From contig NC_043015.1 of NCBI RefSeq assembly GCF_006345805.1, positions 34,472,001-34,536,000 of the forward strand: a stretch of 64,000 nt of DNA. Reading direction: 5' to 3'. Source of the stretch: Octopus sinensis. Its lineage: Eukaryota. Position 1 is the stretch's first letter. Every line of letters starts with the position of its first letter. Below are positions 12,028 to 25,553 of this stretch, in pieces. The position numbers and the translations under genes were made by a program. The notes under the pieces were generated by a model. It made no database searches. It was not told the origin of the DNA and saw nothing but the letters and a program-made list of their open reading frames with translations.

Positions 12028-12589
12028 GTAAGTCATTTTCTAATATTTCTATTTTGGAAATAGATGAATATTTTAATGTTATTGATGCAGAATTTAGTCA
12101 AAATATATTCCTGAAGTGGAATAGAATTGAATTTGGTTTTATTTAATTTTCTTACATCTGAAACAAGAAAGTGTGGTCACAATTAGAATTGCTTCTTGGT
12201 AGCAATGCGTAAATGATATATCTAGATATCTCATGAGACATATTTGAAGATGTATAGTATTATACTTCCTGTACAACATTCTTTTTTTTCTGTTCTTTCC
12301 TTCTTTCTACGTTTATTTTCATACCTCCATATCTATTATCACAGTTCTATATATATCTACATATTATCACAGTTCTGTATACCTATATGGTATACTCAAT
12401 TTATACAAAGGATAGTCCTGAAAATTGAAATCCAATAGAATGGGGAACATGCACCTAAATGAAATAATACAGGTAGAATCTTCCTGTGAAAGCTTCTGTA
12501 AAAACTGACCAGACATAATGATCTGAGAGAGACAAAGGAAGGAGCATGAGTGTGCAAAGCCGAAAATGGCTGCTATTTAAGCAATGACA

Positions 12590-12748
12590 TTTTTCATAAG
12601 TGATGTAGAGGTGTTGCAAAATATGACTTGTGCATATTAATTCCCATTATGTCTTTTATATTGTATCAAAATTCTATGCAATTATTTGTAAAGTTAAGGA
12701 AGTTATGAAAAATTGAAACCTATCAGTGACTTTTGGGACATCCTGTAT
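12590..12748. mobile_element. Tc1/mariner-like terminal fragment
   Basis: Ends 'ttttgggacatcctgTA', the reverse complement of a TA-CAGG.TGTCCCAAAA-type TIR; partner TIR not found. Confidence 0.35.
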
Positions 12749-14389
12749 ATAAGATGCAAATTATGAAATAGTGAATGTTCTCAGGAATCTAATTATTTCT
12801 TAATTGTTAATTAATTAAACAAAAAGAAAATGTCAAGCTTAATCTGAGCATAATGACAACAAAATCAGTTAATTGCTGTATTAAGAAATGTATTAAGAAT
12901 AAATGAATTTTGTAACTTCCTGGAAGCTTTTTAATGGATATCATCATTTAACAATCGTCACTTAGTTTCATTTAGAATATATTGAGATATGTAGCTTGAA
13001 ACAAGCATCTGTGTAGTTTGAGAGTTTAATGTAACAATAATGGTAATTGATGCTAACTCATTATGGCATTGTCATTTGTAATACTTTCAGCTGGAATCTT
13101 AGTATAAACCATTTTATTGTTGATATTTCAAATCATTTGGGTTTATAATGCACATCCAAAATATAGCTTAGACATACAAGAATTGCAGAATACCTAAAAT
13201 TCCCAAATTTCCATAAATTTATTTTTCAAGAGATGAGAATGACCAGATGTCTTTGATATTTTCTCTCTTCTCTTTCATCTGATCTCTGCTAAATCATTAG
13301 TTTGGTGTTATTGACTTTGCAATTATCTTGTATGTTTAATTAGCAAAGTGGGAGAGATTGTAGTAACATGTACTAAGATTTCATGCTGTCATGATGTATA
13401 ATGAAATATTGTCTTCATTGACATTGTTAACAATAGAGAAAGATAGGAATCGAATTTATAGGGAATTCAAAATTGGAAATTGGGATTTTGAAACTTTCCC
13501 AAGGGCCAGGGTAATAGCTTCAACTAGGAACTGGAATACACTTTCAGATTGAAGTCTTCAAAAAAAAAACTTATTCTTTATAACATTGGCTGAGAGAGAG
13601 AAAGAGAGAGAGAGTGTGTGTGTGTGTGATAAGATATTGAACTGTTACAAACCACCGTCGTCATCACCATCATCATCATTTTATGTCTGTTATAAAGCTG
13701 GCAAAGGCTGTATAGGTTGGTAGGGTCCACATCAGTTGTTGTTCAGAATTACTGTCCTCTTAGACACATATCTCACTCATACAGTTGTGGTATGACTCTT
13801 TGGTTTCCAGCAGTTGGATGCTCTTCCTAATAACGGTCCCTGGGTGCATTTTCATGCTACCAGCACAGGGAATTCGTCTTCTCCATACCATGCCTCTGAG
13901 TGTACTGGATACACCTTCTTGTAGCACCAGCATGATGAGATCGTCTTAAACCCTGCAAAGCTTTCTGTTGTATATTGTCCTAATTCATTCTAGGCAATGT
14001 GACCAAGAGAGAGAATAGGGGACAGTGCAATGACAGGAAAGCCAGGACAATCAAATAAAGAAAGAGAAAGAGTATGAGAAGAGAAATAGAATGGTTTGGG
14101 CAAGAGAGTGTTAGAGGTGGGAGTAAGAGAAGAGAGACAGTGATGGTTGTTAAATGGTTAATGGAGTGTACAATGTAAATGAACAAAGTTTCTACCATAA
14201 AAAGGTTTGGCCAGAAAAAGTTATTAACCATGTGGTGGCATTCTCAAAGGAATTTATCTTGATGTGGTACGACAGATCCTGCTTGGTCCTGAAACCAAGG
14301 ATGCCAGGAAATTGGTAATCTACCTCTGCTGTTATTGGTGACATGGGAAATAGAGGTGGTGGTGTTTTTTTTGTCAGGATAGTAACGAT

Positions 14390-14640
14390 GGTGATGTTGT
14401 AGGAAGAAGTTGTGTTAGTGAGGATGGCATTACTGGCAATAGTAGTGTAAATGGCGATGGTGGTGGTTTCTGTATTAAATAGGATGTTCATGGTGGTGGT
14501 GGTGGTGATTGTATTTTAGGTGGTGTTGATGATGATGTGATGTTGTTCATGGTGGTAGTTGTATCATAGATGGTAACTGAATTGTAGGTGGTGGTGGTGG
14601 TGGTGGTGGCAGTGGTGGTGGTGGTGGTGGTGCTGCTGCA
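14390..14640. repeat. (GGT/GAT)n low-complexity trinucleotide region
   Basis: Runs of gtggtg and gatgat. Confidence 0.85.
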
Positions 14641-15629
14641 GCACAACTGAATAACTAAGCTCTTTGAACAGGTAACCACCTTAAATATTCCTAATTAGAA
14701 TGTTAAATACTTGCAATGCTATTAATATCAGTGTAACAGAAACGTTGAGAACTGTGACTAATATCGTTTGTTAAGTTTGTTTCTCTATCAGTTGTCAAAT
14801 CACAATTTTTATTGAGTCTGGACCAACTGAAAGCTTCACAGCTTGATTCTATATTTGTTCAACAAAGATAAAACCATCAAAACTAGTAAAAATGACAGGA
14901 GGAGGCTGGAGATTCATACATTTGGTTCTCTAGTCCAAGAGCTTCTGTTGAGTCTGTATTTGCTACCTCCCTGCTTCTTTGTACCCTCTCACTAACCTCT
15001 CTCTCTCTCCCTCTGTCCTTGTACCCTCTCTACTATACAGCGAGTAACTAACATTGGTACTTTGTACTAACTCTCCTCCTCTACCACCAGCTCCCCTCCA
15101 CCCATCCTGTTTCCTTATCTTCCTCTCATCCCCTCCACCCATCCTGTTTTTTTACAGTCATTGAACTCATTGCTATTCATATTCTCAGTCTGCACCCTGA
15201 AAAATGTAGTCTCCTCAGGTCTAGAGGCCATAAAAAAAAGAAAATAAAAAAAAAGGGGGCCATAAGGCATTCTCATTAGCACTGATGTCCTAATAAAATA
15301 CACCCAATACACAATGTAAAGGGATTGGCAAACAAACGGAGATGGCAGAACGTTAAGAAGACTCCTTAATTTTGTCAAAGAGATGATAATCTCTGTTGTG
15401 CTGGTACCATGATAACAAGTATTGTGTTCATTGTGATAATTAAGGGAGTTTTTTTTTAAGGCCTATTTCATTAATATTTGCACAATCTTCATTTTCAATT
15501 TCTTGTAACTTTTTGGTGATTAGGCAGGTGAAGACATATTCAGTGTTTCTAAAGTGTAATGTGATGTAGATGAGTAGTAAAATACAAATGAACTGAGAGA
15601 AAAACCGGGTAGAAGAGGAATTGGGTGTA

Positions 15630-15860
15630 GTGTGCAAGAAAGAAGCCTATGCTAGTATGGTCATGTAATGCATACAGATGATGATAGCTACAAAAGAAAG
15701 AGCCAAGCACTCAAATGTTGTTGGAACTTGAGGAAGAAGGAAAGCCAGGGAGACATAAGATGAAGTGGTGAAGACTGATCTGAAGATGAGAAAGCACCAT
15801 GCTGATGGGCAATAGGCAGTGTCAGAGAAAATCCACCCACCCATGCAAACAAGGTGAAAG
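15630..15860 (+). mobile_element. RTE LINE 3' fragment
   Basis: LC*YGHVMHTDDDSYKRK...GRRKARET*DEVVKTDLK matches the RTE C-terminal RLRWYGHV.R...GRPRKTW motif. Confidence 0.7.
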
Positions 15861-17340
15861 ATATTTTAAAAAGGGTCATTTATACCTGCTAAATCATCTC
15901 ATCTTCTGCCCTTCTAGTTTTTTCAGTCCTCTTTTATTCCTCCATATTCTATTCACCCAATCCCTCTTCCAGGCCATCAATGAAACAAGAGAAAACTTTA
16001 TGTCTGTCCATCATCAATCTCCTTTCAACCACCAATCATTCTCTCCACTCCCTCCTCACTCCCAGCTCATTAACTATCCACATCTGTCATCCTTTCTTAT
16101 CACCAAACATTTCTGCGAATCACGTTTCCCTCCACCTCTCTCTCTCTCTCTCTCTCTCTCCCCCTCTCCCCCCTCTCTCTCTCTCACCAGTCAATATGCA
16201 GCCACGTTAATGTTTTTCCCATCACATTGCCTGAATAATTAAAGATTGATTGCATTGGATCTGATCGTATCTCATACACTCTCCCCAATCTCTCTCTTTT
16301 AACCCTGTCTTCTCAGTGCTGCCAGACATACTCTTTCACTCACATCCTCCTTTCATTGACATCCATTGCCAATCACACTATTCATCATTCATGACCTTTT
16401 TTCACTGGTTGACATTACAGTTCTATCCTGCTAAACATCACTCAGTTGATCCCAGATCACTCATTATTGACATCCATCACACTCTTCATATCAATCATTT
16501 CTATGATTATTCATAACTTGCTCTCCAAAATTCCACTCTCACAGCGCTTAGTCATACTCCTACCCTTAATTTGCCCCTTCATCATGCCTTTTAGCATCCT
16601 CTTTCTCTCATTTCTCCCTCCCTCCTCTCACACTCTCTTCTTACAATACACTTGCTTTTCTTCTCCTTCACAACTTGGATTTCTGCTACAACTTTTTCTC
16701 TCTTTTCATTTATTGGTCTGTCATGAACAATATAGTGATGAGAACCCCTATTGTTTTGCAGAGTACAAGGCAACATCACCTATGTCAGTGCCAGGATAAA
16801 ACACAGTACACTCTGTAAACTATTTGGTGAACAAGCAGGGACAATGTAGGGTGTTGAAAGGAGCTATTAGTTTTGTCTTCTTGAGCACGAGGCCACCTCT
16901 ATAATGTTGGTGCCAAGATAAAATGTAGCAGTGCACTGTGGAGTGGTAGGAGTTAGAAAATGATCTAGCCATAGATATTGTGACAAAATGAAATTCAAAC
17001 AAGACATTGTCTCCAGACACAGTTAGGAGAACAGTGTATCCAAATAAGGACTAACTTAAACTGTTACATAGTCTAGCAAGAAAATCAAATGTAAAATTAT
17101 ATTTTTAGCTGTGTATAGACTGACTACACAGTTGTACATGTCTAAAAATGTGACGATATGATCTCAAGATATTACATCACGTGAAGGTGACAAAAGACTA
17201 CATTGAGTGGCAATATGCAGTGCCAGAGATGATCCAACCATCCATGCGGAACAAGTTAAAATGAGATTAGGGATAGAGGCTGGGATATAGAATAATACAT
17301 ATCTACCTATGGGCCTTTCCCCTATTCATTTATGCTAAGT

Positions 17341-17579
17341 CATGCATGGGCAACCTGTGGCTTGTGGGTGGCATGTGGCCCTTGACATGTTGTTGTGTGG
17401 CCCTCGAGTTTCTAGGTTATTAATTTCATACTAAGACAAATAAAATTAAGAATAACTGCAAAAATTCAGTGTAAAGTGGGTAAGTAATATTTTATGCATT
17501 TGTGTTTTATCATGCAGCACTCTCCCACTTGGAAATGGCACAATGCAGCCCCCAGTCAACAAAAAGTTGCCCATCCCTG
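17341..17579. mobile_element. hAT-family MITE (239 bp)
   Basis: TIRs catgcatgggcaac / gttgcccatccctg (12/14 match) and an exact 8-bp TSD TGCTAAGT at 17333-17340 and 17580-17587. Confidence 0.85.
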
Positions 17580-17774
17580 TGCTAAGTCATCATCTACAGC
17601 CCCACTTGTTCATTCAATATCCTTTTATCTCTATCACCCATTCTCCTATTTCAGGTACCATAACACTGCAGCTATTGGCATTTGCTGTATGATTCTATAT
17701 AATCAAAAGGCAATGACTATATGATTCTATATACCTATAGATTCTGATTATATTGTTTTATAAGTATATAGCCT

Positions 17775-18000
17775 ATTATATGATCATTATCATCATCATC
17801 TTTTAACATCCATTCTCTGTGTTGGCATGGATTAGATGGCTTGACGGGTGTTGGCCTGCTCAAGGGCTGCATGGATTCCATTTGTCTGTTTTGGCATTTA
17901 TTCAATGGCTGAATGCTCTTCCTAAAACCAACCACTTTACAGAGCATACCAGGTGCTTTACATGGCACCGGCACAGGCACTTTTATGTGGTACTTGCACA
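17775..18000 (-). mobile_element. RTE-type 3' tail (family C) ending in (GAT)n
   Basis: (CAT)n then 'tttaacatcc..ttccatgc..gcatgggtt...gaatgctcttcctaa..ccaacca'; other copies near 13668-13940, 44440-44620, 60620-60690. Confidence 0.7.
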
Positions 18001-18079
18001 GGTACTTATATGCAGAGAGAGAGAAAGAGGAAGAGAGAGATACCGGGCAAAATTGAGAATTTATATACTCTGAGAAATC

Positions 18080-18720
18080 ATATGGTTCTATATGCCTGTA
18101 GATAGTTGTTACACGGCTCATTATGCTTGTTGCTGTGTGGTTCTGTAATCCTATAGGTTGTTCTACATGTATACTATGGATACATGATTTTGTTTGTCTG
18201 CAGACAGTGGCAAAATAGTTCTACAGGTATACAGACAATAGCTGGGCATTTCCATTTGTCTATAAATTGAAGCTAATTATATGGGTCCGTATGTCTTATA
18301 GAATGCCTCTGTGGTTCTACATCTCAACAGCCTGTGACTATATGGTGCTCTAAGTCTTTAGCCAGTGGCTAAATGTCTGTAAACTGTAGCCATATAAATT
18401 TATATATCAATACGCTGTGTCTATATGGTTCTATTTGTGTATAGATTGTTGCTATATGGTTCTATATACCTATATATATAGACTGTCAAAATATGTTTCT
18501 ATATGTTTATATTCTGTTGCTAAATAAATCTCTGTGATAGACCATGGCTTTATGTTTTAATATGCTTATAAACTGTGGTCATATGGTTCTATAGATTTTG
18601 GATTTATGGTTTTATGAATCTGTAGAATCTTGCTTTATTGTTCCAAGTGTCTACTGACTGTGACTATAGTTTTCCTGTGTTTATAGACTCAGGTTACCTG
18701 GCTCTATATTTCTATATTTC
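18080..18720. repeat. Decayed minisatellite, unit about 31 bp (tatatggttctatatgyctatagactgtggc)
   Basis: Recurrent tatggttcta and tagactgt words at roughly 30-32-bp spacing. Confidence 0.65.
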
Positions 18721-19879
18721 ATAGTTGTATTCATTTTGTCACTGGTACTAATCAGTGAGCTTAAATTAATGGAGTTGAAATAGTTGTAATGGTTTCTTAA
18801 TTTTCTTAATTAGATCTGTTAATAGAATAATTCATATCACATTTTTGCCAGCATGCTAAAATGGACATAAAATTAAAAATTTCATTTTTCAACAGATAAA
18901 TATTCCTCCTATTAATCATATTTTCACTTCATGTCATTGAAATTATTTTAACAACTTTATCTGTGACTTCATTGTCTCAATAAAACTAAACGGTCAAAGA
19001 AAAGTTCCACTTTGATGAAAGTAAGAACAAACAAAAGACATGTCATATAGAGCTGCACTTTTAAGTGTGATATAAAAATACTGCCAATACTTTGATACTA
19101 TTCTGCAGGTTGATAATACTGTATATTTTAATGCATAAATTTTATATATAATATATGTATGAAGTGGGATGAGGTTCTTTAAAAATGTTATGATTAAATA
19201 CAATTTATCTTTTAAATAGTTTTGTCTGAATGAAGCTGCTCTATCATGACTGTGAAAGGTTTTCTGAGACATGTGAGGTCCAGTGGATTGTGCTCTGGTT
19301 GTTAAAGGCCTTCAAAGACAGATGAACTCCAGAAGAAGGGATTGTGTCATCTTGTCAAAGATCTTCTGTAAGAGATGATCTCAAAAGGAAGGGGCTGTGT
19401 GATAGCAGTCAAAATTCTTCCAAGATAACTGAGACCTGGTGGGAGTAACTGTGCCATGGATGTCAAATGTCTGACACTGGAGTGTTTGATATGGTTGATG
19501 TTCTTCTTGAACAATTTGAGTCAATGCTTCCAGGGAAAAGTGTTATACTAATCTTATTTCATCTAAGAGTCACCTTAGCAGAAATGTCTTTCCAGAGATA
19601 ACATCCCTTGAGTAACAATGCCTTACTTGGTGTAATGCCTTCTCTCCAGGTGTACAATCTCTCTACACCAGTGATACAATGTCTTACTAGGAATATTTCC
19701 TCACAAGTGGCAATGCCTTACACACCTATACTTTCTCCAGTCAGAGATAATATCTCCTCCCTGGGGTTATAATGTCTCCCCAGAAAAGATATAATATCCT
19801 ACCAGAAGTTTAATGTCCTTCATTCTCAGTCTAAGCAGTGAGATTCATAATGGTATTAGCAGTATTTCTGAAGTCCTAA

Positions 19880-20415
19880 AACAACTTGGACGAGCTGGTA
19901 CAGTTGTGGGATCATTGGACAAGGGTGTTTTGGCACTACCAATATCTGTGCAGGAGGACAAAGTTTTGGGTCTTTAGGTCGCTGGTCCTCCCTTTTCTAC
20001 TCTATAGTTGTGCAACATGGGCATCGTCTGGGATTCTTAGGAGCTGCCTGAACTCCTTTGGTACCAGGACACTTTGTAGGATTACAGGTTACTCTTGGTT
20101 GGATTTTATGTCAAACTGGGATGTGTCCTGTTACTTGTATGGTTTGCAAGTGCCAGCTGAGACTGCTCAGTTTTCTGAGTTAGACCCTGCTGACTGGGTT
20201 CTCTTCACTGAGGATCCAGATGGATTGATGGTTCATGTTAGGTGACCACATGCTACATGGTTACGGCAGATGAGGAGACACCTGATGAAGATTAGGACTG
20301 ACTGGGACTTTGCTTGATGAGTTGCCCAAAAGGATCCAGGAATGTATCAACAAATGGTGAATGCAGCAGCAATTCACTGCAATGGTGAATTTCCTCACCT
20401 GCGACATGACCCCGA
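19880..20415 (+). mobile_element. RTE LINE 3' fragment
   Basis: YLCRRTKFWVFRSLVLPFLLYSCATW...LNSFGTRTLCRITGYSW matches the RTE RT C-terminus (LPVLLYGCETW). Confidence 0.8.
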
Positions 20416-21417
20416 CTGATTGGATTTGAGTGTTCGATGAGATTTAGGTAGGAGAATAAGAAAAATGTATAAAGAGGGAGGGATACAAGAAGAAGACAAA
20501 GGTCGAAATATAAAACTCATGCTAGGGCGTTCTAATAGAGAACATTTAACGATTTAACCATTCTGCCAGAGCTGTATTTAGCCAGGCATCTGTTGTCATT
20601 AAGACACACTTAACACTTCCCAGCCAACCCCCTCTCATAATCTTTTACAGTTCTTACAGCTGGATGTTCTGGCTCTCACCAATGTTGTTGACAAATGTAA
20701 AATTCCTATAATTTGGTAATTCCTTTAAGTCATTAAAAGAAATATTCTCGTGCTTCATTTAATATCAAAAGCTTTGTACAAATTATTTCTCATATAAATT
20801 TATTTTAAATTTCTTTGTCATTTGAAGAGTTTAAACAGGAAAAATATTCCCTGACATTGAATAATCTGGTGGAATTAGAGAAATTAATAACATGAAATGC
20901 TGAAGAAGATTTCTCAAAGTCTAAATAATTGTTGTTCATTTATAATATTCCATAAAACGTCCGACCACCTTAGCAGTTGTCTGTATAGTTAATAATCATA
21001 CTTTTATTACTATTTAAATTAACACAATTATCCAAATATAGAATATTCTATTAATTCTAAAACAGATTTTTGTCTTTTTTATCCAAAAGCAATTAAAATC
21101 TCGAAAGAAAAATCTTCCAGCTAATATTTAAAAACTAAAACATTAGCATTTATAATTGAAAACAACATTTTTAATGAATCTTAATTTGAATATCAATAAA
21201 TATTATTTTTGTTCTTAATCATTTCCCATTAAAATCCTTCTGTCCCCTTCTCGGAAGTCTCATCTAACTTGCCCTCCAGTTTCAACATGGATTATTATCT
21301 TGATTAATAAATTTGTGCTGCATTAAATGTTTTCTTCCAATGCCATGCCACAAAATATAACTATAGATTTTAGCCAGCACTTTAAGATGTAATAAACAGA
21401 TGTAAACAATTTGTTTA

Positions 21418-21467
<50 letters not shown>

Positions 21468-21606
21468 TATATATATACTCTCTATATGGTCAGTTTTTAT
21501 ATACACTATCTATGTTAACAGTACTTATAATGAGATCCTTTACTTAAAAAATGTAACAATCAGTAATAAAAACAGCATCTAGCTATAAAATAATGCCTCA
21601 GTAGTA

Positions 21607-22887
21607 TTAGGTCGTCAAGTATGAAATTTGTAGAAAAGAAAAAAGATTTGCTAATATGTTATAAATACAAGGAATAGTTTTATTCATCAAAGTATGCACC
21701 CATATTGTCAATACACTTTTGCCATTTCAATGGTAGCTTGTCCAGCCCAGAACTGTAAAAGCTTGGCAATCTAGGGTCAATAAAATCTTGGAAGGCCTGC
21801 TTTACCGCATCGTTGGAGTTAAATTTTTTTCCTATCAAAGAGTCACCCAAATTCTGGAAGAAGTGGTAGTCAGTGGGGGCAAGATCAGGTGAGTATGGTG
21901 GATGATGGAGAACTTCCAACCCCTGTAGATTTGCCAATGTCATTTTTGCAATGTCTGACATTGTCTTGCAGTAAAATAGGAGTGGATCTGTTGACCAATC
22001 TAGGTTTTGGGGTTATTTTGTAAGTTTCTGCATCATTTGGTCCAGTGATTGCAGTATACTTTGGCCATGATTGATGAGCCAGGTTTAATGAAATCATAAT
22101 GGATCACACCTGCGCCAGACCACCAAACACACACCAGCAGCTTCTTTTGATGAATTTTGCTTTTTGGATTGTGTTTTGGGGGGTTGTCTTTGTCCAACCA
22201 TTGTGTTAAACATTTAAAGTTGTTGTATTGGATCTATTTCTCATCACAATTCGATTAAAAAATAATTCATTTTTGTGTCAGGAAATTAGAATAATGCAGG
22301 CTTCCAAACGTTGCTGTTTCTGATTTTCATTGAGTTCATTTGGAACCAACTTATCCAACTTTTTCACTTTACCGATTTGAACAAGGTGAGTCAATATTGT
22401 TTGCTTACTAACACCAAACAACAACGATAATTCATGGGCGTTTTGAGATGGATCTGACTCAACAGTGGCTTTCATTTCATCAATATCCGTCTTTGTTTCA
22501 TGTCGACTGCATTGCTCATTTGTGAGGTCGAAGTTACCAGAACAAAATTTTGCAAACCAATTTGATACTGTCTGCTGTGTAATAATAAAATAATGAAATA
22601 CTCCATTAATATTCCGAGCTATGTGTGATGCTGTATTTCCAAGAAAGAACTCATATTTCAAAACTGTATGAACTTCCAACTTATCCACCTTTAAACAAAA
22701 ATAGCAAAAAAAAAGAAAAATGATTTATAAATACTTTATAAAGTGCAAAATGAGTTAGAATAAAGAAATAGATGTGTCAGCTTTCTAACAAAAAATAAAG
22801 GTTGTCAAAATATAATAATGGTGCAAAATGAGCGGCAGAAAAAGATTAGCATAAACCTTACTATGAATTTTATACTTGATGACCTAA
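21607..22887 (-). mobile_element. Full-length mariner transposon (1281 bp), transposase pseudogenised
   Basis: 22-bp TIRs ttaggtcgtcaagtatgaaatt / aattttatacttgatgacctaa (20/22), TA on both sides; ORFs 22278-22688 (HTH region, LVPNEL for WVPHEL) and 21680-21961 (HHPPYSPDLAPTDY); stop after CDEK and frameshifts. Confidence 0.95.
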
Positions 22888-23438
22888 TATTTTCATCTAA
22901 TCAATGGAAAAATGTATGTAAAAACAAACAAACAAATGAGTAAATTATCACACACACACACACACACATCATTACACACATAAACACACAAACAGACAGA
23001 TATATTTACATGCATATACATACATTGTGTTGAGGGAGTGATTATTGCATCATGGAAGAATCACTTTTACTATTTAAACAACATTTACTGTGAAATTCTC
23101 TTATTTCATTTCCCTGTATTAGTATCCAAGTCTGTTTTCCATTTTGGCATCTTACCATATCTCAGTCATATATCTGTGACACAAGCAGTGATACAACCCA
23201 ACCCCCACCCCGTTGTATCTCTGTTGTATAACTGTGACCTAGACACTGTTACTACATTCCACTATATCCCAGTCGTACATCTGTAACCGAGACACATTAC
23301 AGCACCTCACTGTATCTCAGTCATAAATCTATCCAACAACAGTACCGTGCAAGGGGTACTTCAGAGCATGGTAAAGAATATAGATTATTCTAGTCATCAC
23401 ATCACATCTCTAGGATATCCCCAATTATTTCAACTCAC

Positions 23439-23516
23439 CTTGCCACGATCCAGGAAGTATGGTACAAGAAGGTCAGCTTGGTCATCTGAGAAGCATTCTC
23501 TTACTATAATCCAAGT
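23439..23516 (-). CDS. Candidate coding exon (TWIIVRECFSDDQADLLVPYFLDRGK)
   Basis: Acceptor ctcagcttcttctag|, consensus donor AAG|GTGAGT, 78 nt, phase 0-0; an alternative acceptor at 23597 gives a 159-nt exon with stops. Confidence 0.3.
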
Positions 23517-23686
23517 CTAGAAGAAGCTGAGATTCCCATTTCTTACAACTTCAAACTGATGGTGGGCTTGTTGTAGTGGTCAGGGTATCATTCATGCCTG
23601 AGACAAGGAATTAAAAAATTGTCATCATTTTTATAGTTTCCTCACTTTTGAAGACTTAGATACACACTGAAAGACATGCATAAATT

Positions 23687-23727
<41 letters not shown>

Positions 23728-24689
23728 CTACACACACACAAACATGCATATGCATAGATATATGCATAAATAGACATACACACACCTATATATACAGTTA
23801 TAAGTATACATAATATGCTTGTTGTAACATGTTCTGCAATATCTCATGAAGCCCTCCTCTCTTTGTCCTAACAAACAGAGTCTGAAGTTCTGAAATCTGT
23901 TGGGCTTTCGTTTTTTTTATCTGAAACTTAAATTCCATTCAAGAAAACATTAGACTGACATATTTCAGTCGCCATTCTTATAAGCAACAGTTTCTTTCAA
24001 ATGATAAACTGATATTGAAAGCTTGCTGAAATATTTTCAACTTTTATTCAAAATACTGAAATGTCTTTTTACCTTGGCCTGATTTTAATATTCCTCAAGT
24101 CGTAATTTAATCGCAAAATGCATTAGAACTCAAAAGTTGTTGTAAAATATATCAGAGAAGGGCGACAGTAGATTTCTACCTTGTGAGCCCCCCCCCCCCC
24201 GGCACTTTCTTCCTTGCAAACTGATTTCCTCTTGGTGTCTCAATTACACTTTGTATTGATTAAACTCTCCAATTACAACCATTTCCCAAATTCAGAAGAT
24301 CCCCAATTCTCAGGTTTCTTGATAAATTTTTGTTTCTTCACTATTCTTCATTTTAAAATACCTGTCTGTCAGTTTTTGGTTTGTTTTTTTTCTATCCTAT
24401 ATAACAATAGTCTTATAGGCATCAAGGTGAGAGATTAAATTACTCTCTTTGCACCTTTCATATTATTTTCAGTCAATCTAAATTGAAATCTAATCAATTA
24501 TCAGATGTGGGTATAGGAAACATTTTAACCATACAAAACTTGAAGTCATCTTCACACGTACAGAAAGGTAAAGTAAAATAAGAAGAAAGCAAGAAGAAAA
24601 TTAATAAAAGAAATCTTGCTTGATATTACACTGGTACACAAGAATATTACTTTGCTATACATTACACCTCCAGAAGGCATACACACTTT

Positions 24690-24830
24690 ATATATATATA
24701 TGTATATGTATGTATATGTGTGTATATATATGTGTGTGTGTATATATATACATATGTATATGTGTGTATATATATGTGTGTGTGTATATATATATACATA
24801 TATATATATGTATATACATATATATATAGA
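24690..24830. repeat. (TA/TG)n compound microsatellite
   Basis: Direct reading; similar blocks at 25058-25200 and 25710-26018. Confidence 0.95.
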
Positions 24831-24915
24831 CCTAATAAAATAGGGTAATAATAAATTATTATTACCAGTGACCTAGCAAAAAAAACGAATTAGTCATTAG
24901 GCTATATATTATTCA

Positions 24916-25055
24916 TATAGAAATACAATAAGAGGCTTCCAAATAGGGAAGCATTGTGCTAGAACACAAAAAGGGTTAGGGTTTTTGTGTTAGGGTTAGG
25001 GTTTTTGTGTTCTAGCACAACGCTTCCCTATTTGGAAGCCTCTTATTGCATTTCT

Positions 25056-25058
<3 letters not shown>
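24916..25058. repeat. Fold-back element: 57-bp inverted arms around a TTAGGG-containing loop
   Basis: 24916-24972 is the reverse complement of 25002-25058 with 2 mismatches; 29-nt loop gggttagggtttttgtgttagggttaggg. Confidence 0.9.
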
Positions 25059-25092
<34 letters not shown>

Positions 25093-25115
25093 CATTATAT
25101 TTATATAGATGTATA

Positions 25116-25150
<35 letters not shown>

Positions 25151-25553
25151 GCATTATATATATATATATGTATGTGTATATATATATATATATATATATA
25201 CATGCGTATAATAAGAGATGGCCACTAAGTGGACATCCAATATGCTAGAATAAGATCACCTACGATCTAACTACAAAGAAAAGAATGTTCTCAAGAGAAA
25301 TTCAGCAAACACCAGAACACAAGCGGGTAAGACAGATGAAAATATACAAAAATAGATAATTAATCGTAGACCAGATAATATAGGCACTCTTCCCCACACA
25401 CACACACACACACACACACTCGCACTTACTAAATATAGACACACATAAGGGTATACACATGCGCAAATAAAGACACATACAATAGGAATACAAAATACAA
25501 AATGGCTGATCTTTAGTAAGGAAAGACACACAAATAAGAAAGAAGAAAGCAAA

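Noticed and set aside
14192-14679. Thr-rich mucin-like ORFs on the minus strand
   Set aside because: Arise from (GGT/GAT)n low-complexity DNA; no splice or domain support
24973-25001. Interstitial telomere or chromosome fusion site
   Set aside because: Only about three TTAGGG units, in one orientation, inside a hairpin loop
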